A DNA stretch of 58,169 nt, from positions 1 through 58,169 of IMG/VR virus record IMGVR_UViG_3300037258_000189. One strand, written 5' to 3'. Positions within the stretch are counted from its first letter, which is position 1. Each line of letters opens with the position of its first letter. Of the stretch, positions 1 to 8,218 are shown in pieces. Origin of the DNA: a virus (Duplodnaviria > Caudoviricetes). The position numbers were made by a program, and so were the translations under genes. A model generated the notes under the pieces. It saw nothing but the letters and a program-made list of their open reading frames with translations, was not told where the DNA came from and did no database searches.

Positions 1-471
1 AGTCGGCGCAACTGTCGCGGGCGCGCTCTCGCCCAGCACGGGCACCATTTCGCGCGCGGGCGACGCGACGCGCCCGAACGTCCAGAGAGCCTCGAGTTGG
101 CGAGGAGAAGCGTTCTCGCCGTACGTCCACGGCTCGTTGCCGGCGAGGCGCATGCCGGCGCTTGCGGCGCCACGGATAAAGCCAGGCACCGCCCAGTGGT
201 AGTTGCCGCCCTGATCGACCGACACCGGGAGCATTTCGCTGGGCGTCTGGCCGGGCTCGTTCTCGCCGATCTGCCAAGCCGACACCGGGCGCCCAGCCGC
301 CTGCGACGCGGCTTGCAGGTGCTGTGCCAGTTCCAGCGACGGCTGGGCTTGGCCGACGGGCTGTCCCCAGTCGTCAGGCAAGCCGTCTGCGGCGATAGAT
401 TGCTGCTGCGACGCCTGCCCCTGCGGAGGCCCCCAGTCGTCCGGCAGCCCGTCAGGCGCCATTCCGTCCAT
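1..471 (-). CDS. N-terminus of a large virion/ejection protein (partial, runs off left edge)
   Basis: ATG at 471, 4 nt after the stop of the 475-2412 gene; open to position 1 (MDGMAPDGLPDDWGPPQGQ...); duplicated DGLPDDWG motif; last position of the ejection-protein cluster. Confidence 0.7.
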   Translation of the reverse strand, partial: MDGMAPDGLPDDWGPPQGQASQQQSIAADGLPDDWGQPVGQAQPSLELAQHLQAASQAAGRPVSAWQIGENEPGQTPSEMLPVSVDQGGNYHWAVPGFIRGAASAGMRLAGNEPWTYGENASPRQLEALWTFGRVASPAREMVPVLGESAPATVAPT

Positions 472-474
472 GCG

Positions 475-2412
475 TCAGGCTCCGGGAACTTGTGGCGCGA
501 CCGCACCACTCGCGCGCCCGAGCAGATGGCCGCCCTGATCGTAGATGTTGCCCTGCGGGTCGCGGTATTGGTGTCGGGCTGGACTGTACTGGCTGCCAGG
601 GGGGACGCCGGGCGGAAGTGCTCCAGCCGGAATGCCTCCGGGCGACGCCGGGTTCGCCGCTCCTGGGCCGGCTGGAGGGGGCGCTGCCGGTGCCGGCTGC
701 ACGGCCTGCCCTGGCGCGGCCTGTGACGGCGCCCCTGGCTGACCGGCGACGCCCTGGCGCCAGCCCGGCATCGTGGCGTCCATCTGCCGCTCGGTCGCCT
801 GTCGCGCGAGGTCGGGCGTGGCACTCGGGTCGCGCATGTTGGCCGAGTAGAGGCTCTCGAAGGCCCGCGCGTAGTCGGCCGCCTTCAGCGGCTGCGGGTG
901 CGCCGCGTTCCACTGCGCGGTCTGCACGCCGGGTGCTGGCTTGAGATTGCCCGTTACAGGCTGAAAGCCCCCCCCTCCGGTCGCCGGCATCTGCAGCGGC
1001 ACCACGGTCCCGGTGTCGGGGCCGCCGGTCGTCACGCCATAGAGCCGCAGCGTCTGGGTCGCAGCGTCGTAGAGCTGCTCAACCGTCATGTGCGCGTTGT
1101 TGGCCGGCGGCCCGGCAACCTGCGCCGCCTGTCGGAGGTCACCGCTCTGCAGGTAAGCCTGGACGAAGCGGTTCGCGCCGGCCTTGTCCTGACCGTAGAT
1201 GCGTTCGGCCGCGAGCGACGCCTGCCCGAAGCGCTGCATCGCGCCGGCGTTCTGCAGGAGTTGTGGCGGCATGTTCAGCCCGGCGAGCGGGGCGAACTGC
1301 TGGAGCATGGTCATGTCGCCCTTCGCGGCCGCGGTCATTGCGAGGCGCGCGTAGACGTCCTGGCGCTTGAGCATCCCCATGTCGTAGCGCGACTGCTGGC
1401 CCATGATCTGCAGCGCCGTCGCGCCGCCACCGGGCGTGTTGGCGAGGTTCTGCAGGATCGGATCGTAGCGCGCGTTGAAGCTGGGGTTCGGGGTGAACAT
1501 CCCGCCGCTGCTGGCCGGCGTCTGGTCCGGGTAGATGCTGGGCGCCGCTGGCGTGCCGCCGGCGATCGAGGCGCCGGGCGTGCTGCTGCCGCGCGCGAGC
1601 CGCTCGGCGTATTCCGGGATCGAAACGCCGTTGCCGTCGCGGAAGCCGAACGCGCCGTCCGTCGTCAGCCATCGCTGGAAATTGCCCGGCCCCGCGAAAT
1701 GGGTCAGCTCGACCATGTTGTCGGGAGTGAGCTGCACGCCGCCGACGTTCTGCCCGACGTGCGCGTCGAGGCCGGTGCTTCGCAGCCAGTTGCTGATCCA
1801 TTCCCGGCGCATGTTCATCGCCGTGTCCTGCGCCTGATCGTTGGCGAAGAACTGCTGCGGCGTCATCGGCGCCTGACCGGGAAGGGTGATCGTGCCGTTC
1901 CAGGAGTTGGCGCGCGCGGGGCCGCCCGCGTCCTGGCTTGGCTGGTAGACGCCGATGTCCTGCAGCGCCGCGGTGCCGAACTGGTATTTGCCGCCGTAAC
2001 CGTATTGGTTGAGCGCGGGCGCGCCGGGAGGGGGCGCCTCGACCGAGGAAATCGCCGCGTTGTTCCCCGGCGCCTGCGCGTTCTCGCCCATCGTCGGGTA
2101 GGACGCCTTGACGACCGGGACGGCCGGCCCGTTGCCGGGTGACGGCGTGCCGACGTTCGCGGGCGACAGCGGCGGCTGGTAGTCGCCGGCCTGGGGGGCT
2201 TGGTAGTAGGCCGAGCCCCCGTTCTTCATCATCGTGCCGACGCCCTGGCGGATTGCCGTGTCGACGCCGTAGCCCTGCTGGACTTTGTTCTGCTGCTCGA
2301 TGAAGTCCATGTTCTGCCGGATGGCAGGATCGGTGGTATCGCCCTGCAGGTAGCCGGTGCCTTCGCCGTATCCGAAGCCCCCGCCGCCGTAGCCCATCCC
2401 ATAGCCGGACAT
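475..2412 (-). CDS. Internal virion (ejection) protein with lysozyme-like/transglycosylase domain
   Basis: 645 aa; LNQYGYGGKYQFGTAALQDIG...FFANDQAQDTAM...THFAGPGN resembles the lysozyme-like GxYQF family; located in the ejection cluster; start overlaps upstream stop. Confidence 0.65.
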   Translation of the reverse strand: MSGYGMGYGGGGFGYGEGTGYLQGDTTDPAIRQNMDFIEQQNKVQQGYGVDTAIRQGVGTMMKNGGSAYYQAPQAGDYQPPLSPANVGTPSPGNGPAVPVVKASYPTMGENAQAPGNNAAISSVEAPPPGAPALNQYGYGGKYQFGTAALQDIGVYQPSQDAGGPARANSWNGTITLPGQAPMTPQQFFANDQAQDTAMNMRREWISNWLRSTGLDAHVGQNVGGVQLTPDNMVELTHFAGPGNFQRWLTTDGAFGFRDGNGVSIPEYAERLARGSSTPGASIAGGTPAAPSIYPDQTPASSGGMFTPNPSFNARYDPILQNLANTPGGGATALQIMGQQSRYDMGMLKRQDVYARLAMTAAAKGDMTMLQQFAPLAGLNMPPQLLQNAGAMQRFGQASLAAERIYGQDKAGANRFVQAYLQSGDLRQAAQVAGPPANNAHMTVEQLYDAATQTLRLYGVTTGGPDTGTVVPLQMPATGGGGFQPVTGNLKPAPGVQTAQWNAAHPQPLKAADYARAFESLYSANMRDPSATPDLARQATERQMDATMPGWRQGVAGQPGAPSQAAPGQAVQPAPAAPPPAGPGAANPASPGGIPAGALPPGVPPGSQYSPARHQYRDPQGNIYDQGGHLLGRASGAVAPQVPGA

Positions 2413-3266
2413 CAGACAGGCCCTCCCGCGCCGGAGTTGTTCTGCCCGAGGCTGTTCATCCCGAGACTGCCCGCGTCGACCCCGTAGGCGCCGCTGTTCG
2501 GGTCGCCGCCGATCGCCGCCAGCGGGACGCCGGCGTTGACCGCGTTCGGGTTGCCGCCGGTGCCGGAGGCCGTCACGCTCGGCGAGGCGTTCAGGTTGGC
2601 CGCGGCGCTGTTCGGGTTGGCGCCAGCGGTCGCGATGGTGCCGATCGTCGGCGTCAGGTTGCCAGCGGCCGCGGTCAGCCCGGAGCCCTGCGCCACGCCC
2701 TGCGCGTTCTGCGCGTTGGCGATCTGGCTACCCACGCCGATCGCGGTGTTCGCCTTCGCGGTGCCCGCCGCCGCCTGGACGTTCGCGAGCCCGGTGCGCG
2801 CCTGGTTCTGCACCTGCTGGGCCTGCTGCATGGCCGCGAGATTGGTTGCGTCGTTGCCGGCGCGCGCGGCCGCCTCGTACTGCTGGTTGCTGTTCTCGAG
2901 CGAGGAGATGCCAGACCAGCCGGCGCCGCGCAGCCCGGACGCCGCAAGCGCCGCCTGGTTCTGCCGCTGCAGGTTCGTCTCGCCGAGCTGCTGCTGGGTG
3001 GTGAGGTCGCGATACTGCGGCAGTTCGATCGGCTGCTGGTTCATCAGCGGGGCGATGGTCTGCCCGTACTGATTGACGCCCGTGTCGATGAAGCCTTCGC
3101 CCTGCGCCTCGTTGCCCTGCAGCGTGTTGATGGCGTTCTGCGTGGCGTTCGACTTGATCAGCGCGGAGCCGATGTTCGCCCCCGCGCTGAGCAGGCCGCC
3201 GGTCAGGCTGGCCGCTCCCTGGGGCGTCGAGATGCCCGTCAGGAGATCGCCGAAGAAGTCGCTCAC
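2412..3266 (-). CDS. Putative DNA transfer/ejection protein (P22 gp7-like position)
   Basis: 284 aa, Ala/Gly/Gln/Asn-rich, amphipathic N-terminus (GLLSAGANIGSALI); position between tail hub and ejection genes. Confidence 0.5.
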   Translation of the reverse strand: MSDFFGDLLTGISTPQGAASLTGGLLSAGANIGSALIKSNATQNAINTLQGNEAQGEGFIDTGVNQYGQTIAPLMNQQPIELPQYRDLTTQQQLGETNLQRQNQAALAASGLRGAGWSGISSLENSNQQYEAAARAGNDATNLAAMQQAQQVQNQARTGLANVQAAAGTAKANTAIGVGSQIANAQNAQGVAQGSGLTAAAGNLTPTIGTIATAGANPNSAAANLNASPSVTASGTGGNPNAVNAGVPLAAIGGDPNSGAYGVDAGSLGMNSLGQNNSGAGGPV

Positions 3267-3301
3267 GTGGCGCGCCCTCCGTTCAGGTCAGAGGCTCGCG
3301 G

Positions 3302-5551
3302 TCAGCCGACGCCCGAGCCGGTGCGCGGCGCCATCGGCACCTCGTAGTGGCCGCCGTGCGCCAGGTGGGTATTGCCGCCTGCGGCGCCGACCGGCTTTGG
3401 TACGGCCATTCCCGTGCCACGCAGGCCCGTGCGCGGCATCTGCTGGGGGACGCCGGGAGGTGCGGCCTGGTGCTGCGGCGGGGGCGAGTAGCGCACGTCC
3501 TGTCCGCCGCCTGCAGGGGCTGCGCCGGGGCCGCCGGTCGCCTGCTGGTGCGGTTGTGCCTGCACCGGGCCACCAGCGGCGTGCGGGCCGTAGTAGGACG
3601 TCGGCGCCGTCGGCATGCCCTCTGGGCCGCCCTGATAGCTCATCGGTCTTGCTCCTGCTGCGGAAGGGGGGGGCGCCACGATCACGACGTGGACCGGGCC
3701 GCCCGTGGCGTGCGGCATCAGGCCGGGAGGACCGGGAGGCGGAGGGCCGCCGCCTGCGTTCGCCGGCCCCGGCATTGGACCGGCCGGCCCCGGCGAGATG
3801 CCCCCGCCCGGCGCACCCGAGGAGGCGGAGGGGATGTTCGCCGGGTCCATCGTCTGCTGGCCGCCGGCCACCGGACCACCGGGAGGCGGCGCCGCGCCGG
3901 CCGCGCCTGCACCCGGAGGGGTGAACGCCTGTGCTGCCTGGATGAACTGGGCGAACGGCGGCCCGAAGACGCTCAGGAGGGCGCCCTGGATGGTCGGGTC
4001 GGCGACGCACTGGGCGAGCGCCGCGCGCTGGTCCATCGGCAGCGTGGTGAGCCGCTGCATGGCCGCGTCCGGGGTGAGCGCCATCGAACTCGGGAACGGC
4101 ATCAGCGGCGACGTATTCGCCGGGTCCTGCGGGCCGGCGAGCATCCCGGCCTGATCGTAATTGCCGGAGATCGCGCCGGCGCCGTAGCCGCTCGCGCTGC
4201 CGCCCTGGCTGTCGTCCGGATCGGCGTAGCCCGGGTTCGCCTGCGGGCTCGTGCCGAAGGGTGCCCCACCGTTGGCGCTCATGCTGCTGCCGTCTCCTGT
4301 GCTGACGCCCGGAGGATTGGCCGGGTCGTAGGTGCCCTTGTTGATCGCGTCGAGGATCGGCCCGTATTTCGCGGTCGCCGCCTGGTTGATGACATATTCG
4401 CCGGGGCGCGCGCTGATGTAGCCGACGTCTGGGGGCGGACTGCGGCCGTGAAGGTCCTGCGGGTCGATGAAGCCGCCGCTGGCGTAGCCGCCGCCTGCGC
4501 CACCGGCACCCCCGTCGCCACCGTCTCCGCCGCCAGCCGCGCCGCCGCCCACACCACCTCCGACGCTGCCGCCGGACGCGCCCCCGCCGGTCCCGGCATC
4601 GCCTGGGCCGCCCCCTGCCGCGGAGGAGCCGCCGGCGTCGCCGCCGCTCTGGCCGCTGTCGCCCGTGCCGCCGCCCTGCCCGGCTCCGGCCGAGGTCGCG
4701 CCAGCCTCGCCGCCGCCGGCGCCCCCGCTCATGCCGCTCGGGCCTGATGCCGCGCTGGCAGCCGGTCCTGCGCCCGATCCCGTCGTGGTGCCGTCCGACG
4801 TCGTCGCCTGTCCGCTAGTCTGCCCGCTGTCGGTCGCGTTCGGATTGCTCTGCGCGGTCGGAGCGGTCGAGGCGTCCGGGGCGGGCGTGCTGTTGTTCTG
4901 GTCGGCTATCGCCTGATTGACCGCCGCCTGCGCTGCGATCTGGGCCGGCGTCGGCGCCGGATTGATCAGGCTGTTGATCGTCGTCAGCGCGCCGAGGGCC
5001 GGCCCGACGCCGGGGACCATTCCGAGCAGCCCCTTGCCGATCGCCATGCCGATGCTCGCGGCCGGGTTCGTCGCCCCGGTCGGCGCGTTGCTGGGAGAGC
5101 CCTGGGGATTATCACCGCTCACGTCCATGCCACTCCCCATCGTGGCGGCCGCGCTGTTGGGGTCACCTGGGGTCGGGCCCCCGCCCGTTGGCGTCGAGCC
5201 CGTGCTGCCCTGCGGGTTGTTGCCGGCGCCTGGGGAGTGCGGGCTGCCGCCGAAGTAGATCGGCGAGGTGGACGGCCCGACCGGCGAGGCCGCGGTCGGT
5301 GTGGTCGAGGGCGTTGCTGCCGCGCCGGGGGCCGGAGTGAACGGCGCGCCCAGGCCAGCGGCCTCGCCGAACGTCGGATAGGCGACGCCGCCGCCCACCG
5401 TGCTCGCGAGCGTCGGGAACTGGTAGCTCGGGATCTGGCTCGGAGTATTGGAAACGCCGCCCAGGCCGACGCCCGCAAGCCCTGTGGTCGGCGCGGCGAT
5501 CGGCGTGGCGGGGCTGCCAGATGACGGGTCGTATGGATTGCCGATGGCCAT
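3302..5551 (-). CDS. Gly/Pro/Ala-rich low-complexity putative internal virion protein
   Basis: 749 aa; GGAG Shine-Dalgarno upstream; contains GGFI...DVGYISARPGEYVINQAATAKYG..LDAIN motif of the kind seen in tape-measure/internal virion proteins. Confidence 0.5.
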   Translation of the reverse strand: MAIGNPYDPSSGSPATPIAAPTTGLAGVGLGGVSNTPSQIPSYQFPTLASTVGGGVAYPTFGEAAGLGAPFTPAPGAAATPSTTPTAASPVGPSTSPIYFGGSPHSPGAGNNPQGSTGSTPTGGGPTPGDPNSAAATMGSGMDVSGDNPQGSPSNAPTGATNPAASIGMAIGKGLLGMVPGVGPALGALTTINSLINPAPTPAQIAAQAAVNQAIADQNNSTPAPDASTAPTAQSNPNATDSGQTSGQATTSDGTTTGSGAGPAASAASGPSGMSGGAGGGEAGATSAGAGQGGGTGDSGQSGGDAGGSSAAGGGPGDAGTGGGASGGSVGGGVGGGAAGGGDGGDGGAGGAGGGYASGGFIDPQDLHGRSPPPDVGYISARPGEYVINQAATAKYGPILDAINKGTYDPANPPGVSTGDGSSMSANGGAPFGTSPQANPGYADPDDSQGGSASGYGAGAISGNYDQAGMLAGPQDPANTSPLMPFPSSMALTPDAAMQRLTTLPMDQRAALAQCVADPTIQGALLSVFGPPFAQFIQAAQAFTPPGAGAAGAAPPPGGPVAGGQQTMDPANIPSASSGAPGGGISPGPAGPMPGPANAGGGPPPPGPPGLMPHATGGPVHVVIVAPPPSAAGARPMSYQGGPEGMPTAPTSYYGPHAAGGPVQAQPHQQATGGPGAAPAGGGQDVRYSPPPQHQAAPPGVPQQMPRTGLRGTGMAVPKPVGAAGGNTHLAHGGHYEVPMAPRTGSGVG

Positions 5552-5560
5552 CTCTGTCTC

Positions 5561-6748
5561 CTACCCGACCACGCGGGAAAGGCCGTTCACGTCGTAGCAG
5601 CGGAGCGAGAGGGCGCAGGGAGTGTTTGAACCACCCTGGCTGATGCCGAAAAAGATGTTGCTATATCCTGAACTTCCGAGATAGCCGGCCGACTTTGCGA
5701 CGGAATACAGCGGGAAGTAATTTGCGCCGTCCCAGGATATTTCCCAATAAACGTTGGTCCCATCGTCATGCAGCCCAAACCAAATTGGGGCATGGAGGTC
5801 GCTCGGAAGCGCCTGGATGTTTGAGTTTGTGTTCGGCCCAGTGAAAGCGGCCTGCTTCTGATAATACACGCCGACCGTCGAGTAGACGGCCAACACCTCC
5901 AGCTTCGTCCCATCCGTCCAACCCGCCTGGATGTTGGCATAGTTTATGCTCCTGAGTGACGGCTGCAGGCATACCGCGACGCGATAGGGCGTGCTGCCTG
6001 GCACCGCGATATAAAGCCCGCGCGGATCGGAAGTGCCCGCGCCACTGTCGAGCAGCGCAATCGACTTCGTGCCGTTGGTGACGACAGATCCGGCGCCGCT
6101 GATATTTACCTGGGTGAACGATCCCAGCGCCGGGAAGCCGGCAGACCAGTCGTAGAGATCGGTCCCGCTGCCGCCCCCAGTCGCACTCGCCACCCCGGTG
6201 CTCGCATTCACCGTGATCGAGGTGCCGTCCGGCTTGATGCCGCCGAGGACGCTCCCGGTCGCGATCGGCAAGGTATAGGCCGCCGCGGTATAGACGCCCG
6301 CCGCGACGGTGATCGTCACCCCGTCCGGCTTGGAGATGCCGAGCACCGATCCCGTAGCCGTCGGCGGGGTGTAGACCGCGGTCACGTCGCCCGTCGTCAG
6401 CAGCACGGGGCCGGTGCGCGTGTTGAAGCTCGACACGCTGGCTGCGGCGTTCGCCGGCGTGAAGCCGAGCGCGCTGACCACGTCCCCGCTCGTCAGCACC
6501 ACCGCGCCCAGCCGCATGTTGAAGCTGGTGACGCCGCTGCCCTCGGCCGCTTCCAGGTTGGTGATCCGCGCGTCGTGGTTGAGCAGCGAGCCCTGGATCT
6601 GCCCAGTCGTCGTCCAGATGTCCCAGAAGGTCGACAGCCAGCGCATCAGCGTCAGGGCATCGCCTTGCGCGTTGCCGGTGATCCGCGGCGGCTTGGTGAG
6701 GGTGTTCTGCCCGGCGACGGTAGGGACCGGAACCGTTGTGCCGGTCAC
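5561..6748 (-). CDS. Tail fibre / receptor-binding protein
   Basis: 395 aa; repeated V[TS]SFNxRxGxVxLTxGDV and ATGSVLGxxKPDGxxITV fibre repeats; lower-GC beta-rich C-terminal domain. Confidence 0.6.
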   Translation of the reverse strand: MTGTTVPVPTVAGQNTLTKPPRITGNAQGDALTLMRWLSTFWDIWTTTGQIQGSLLNHDARITNLEAAEGSGVTSFNMRLGAVVLTSGDVVSALGFTPANAAASVSSFNTRTGPVLLTTGDVTAVYTPPTATGSVLGISKPDGVTITVAAGVYTAAAYTLPIATGSVLGGIKPDGTSITVNASTGVASATGGGSGTDLYDWSAGFPALGSFTQVNISGAGSVVTNGTKSIALLDSGAGTSDPRGLYIAVPGSTPYRVAVCLQPSLRSINYANIQAGWTDGTKLEVLAVYSTVGVYYQKQAAFTGPNTNSNIQALPSDLHAPIWFGLHDDGTNVYWEISWDGANYFPLYSVAKSAGYLGSSGYSNIFFGISQGGSNTPCALSLRCYDVNGLSRVVG

Positions 6749-8217
6749 CAGCGCAGCCTCTCAATTTCGACTTGAAGCGAAACAATCTCGACCGGCACGT
6801 CGTCTGTCACCACGATCTCGCACTGCCACGTGTTGGCGCAGCCCTGACCGCCCCACCGGATGGTCATCTCGCGCTCGCCCGGCGTGCCGAGGTCCTCGAA
6901 CTCGAACTGATCGAACCCGATATTATCCAGGTTCCAGCGCATCCCGATCCTGGCGCGCGCGGCGCCACGGCCGTTCGCCTGCGAGCCGCGCTTGAGCCGC
7001 AGCCGCACCTCGTCGATCCGGCTCGGCCCCCACTTGCCGACGTGCGCGCTCCTGATCAGGAACGGATAGGGGTTGCCCAGCACGGTGAAGGTGCTGTTGT
7101 CGAAGCGGGCGACGCCGCCGGGAACGCCGGCGAACATCTGGCCCCAGCAGCGCGCCACCGACCAGATCGGAAAGCCGACCTTGCGGAAGCGCACGGGGTC
7201 CCACGCGAACAGGAACGACCATTTGCGGTTGAGGTAGTCCAGCAGCAGGGTGACGCCCTGGGTGCCATAGATGTTGATCGCGTTCGGCGCGCACAGGATG
7301 ATGTGCTTCTGGCCTTTGACCGAGCACTCGGCGGTCCACGCCTCGTCCCAACTCGAGATCACCGCCGAGAGCGGGATCGTGCTACCCGGCGTCGGCGCGA
7401 CCGGCAACTGCCCGATGCCCTGCAGGGTCAGATTTACGTCGCCGGATTGATCTTGCGAAATCTGGCCGTAGAAGCGGACGAACTCGAGCCGGTCGTTCAC
7501 CCCGTAGGTGCCCGTCCAGTCGGTCAGCAGGGTGTAGGGGTATTTGACCCCCTGCCCCGTGGTCCACCGGCGCGTGAAGGGCTGGTTGCCGTTCGCCAGC
7601 AGCTCGAACTGCTCGACGTGGCTCGGGCCGGCCACCATGATCTCGTCGTAGGGTGTCACCAGGAGCGCCACGACGGGCTCCGGCTTGGCGTCGGCGGTGA
7701 AGACGTTCAGCGGGTTCCAGATCGTGTAGGCGCCGGGGTTGCTGTAGAGCCACTGGCCGGTGCCGGGGACGTTCGCCGCGAGGTAGCCCTGGATGTACTG
7801 GACAAACGTCGTTTCCGGCGCGCCGTCGCTCAACAGCGAGGTGGTGTCGCCCAGCAATTGCACGATCGGGCCGCCCGCCGCCATGACCACGCGGCCGTCG
7901 TCGGTGGCATCGAAGATCACCCGGTTGCCGCCGCTGACCGGGACGCCGGTGACGTTCTGCACCGCGCCCGTCTGGCCCAGCAGGTAGACCTGCCCCTGGT
8001 CGGTGACAGCGATCAGGTTGTCGCGGTTCTGAGAGAGATAGGTCTTGCTGCCCCCGAGCGGCGAAAGGTTGAACGGCACCAGCCCCGGGTAGCGCGAGTG
8101 GCCGCCTGCGGCGTTGGCGTAGCCGTTCTCAACCGCAGCCAGGGCCTTCGTGAGCACCGTCTCGTCCGCGTCGGTGAACATCCGCTGATCCCAGGGGAAG
8201 TCAGCCCACTCGGCCAT
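6745..8217 (-). CDS. Tail hub / packaged DNA stabilization protein (P22 gp10-like)
   Basis: 490 aa from MAEWADFP; beta-propeller-like composition, size and position typical of podovirus tail hub; stop overlaps next start. Confidence 0.6.
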   Translation of the reverse strand: MAEWADFPWDQRMFTDADETVLTKALAAVENGYANAAGGHSRYPGLVPFNLSPLGGSKTYLSQNRDNLIAVTDQGQVYLLGQTGAVQNVTGVPVSGGNRVIFDATDDGRVVMAAGGPIVQLLGDTTSLLSDGAPETTFVQYIQGYLAANVPGTGQWLYSNPGAYTIWNPLNVFTADAKPEPVVALLVTPYDEIMVAGPSHVEQFELLANGNQPFTRRWTTGQGVKYPYTLLTDWTGTYGVNDRLEFVRFYGQISQDQSGDVNLTLQGIGQLPVAPTPGSTIPLSAVISSWDEAWTAECSVKGQKHIILCAPNAINIYGTQGVTLLLDYLNRKWSFLFAWDPVRFRKVGFPIWSVARCWGQMFAGVPGGVARFDNSTFTVLGNPYPFLIRSAHVGKWGPSRIDEVRLRLKRGSQANGRGAARARIGMRWNLDNIGFDQFEFEDLGTPGEREMTIRWGGQGCANTWQCEIVVTDDVPVEIVSLQVEIERLRW

Positions 8218-8218
8218 T

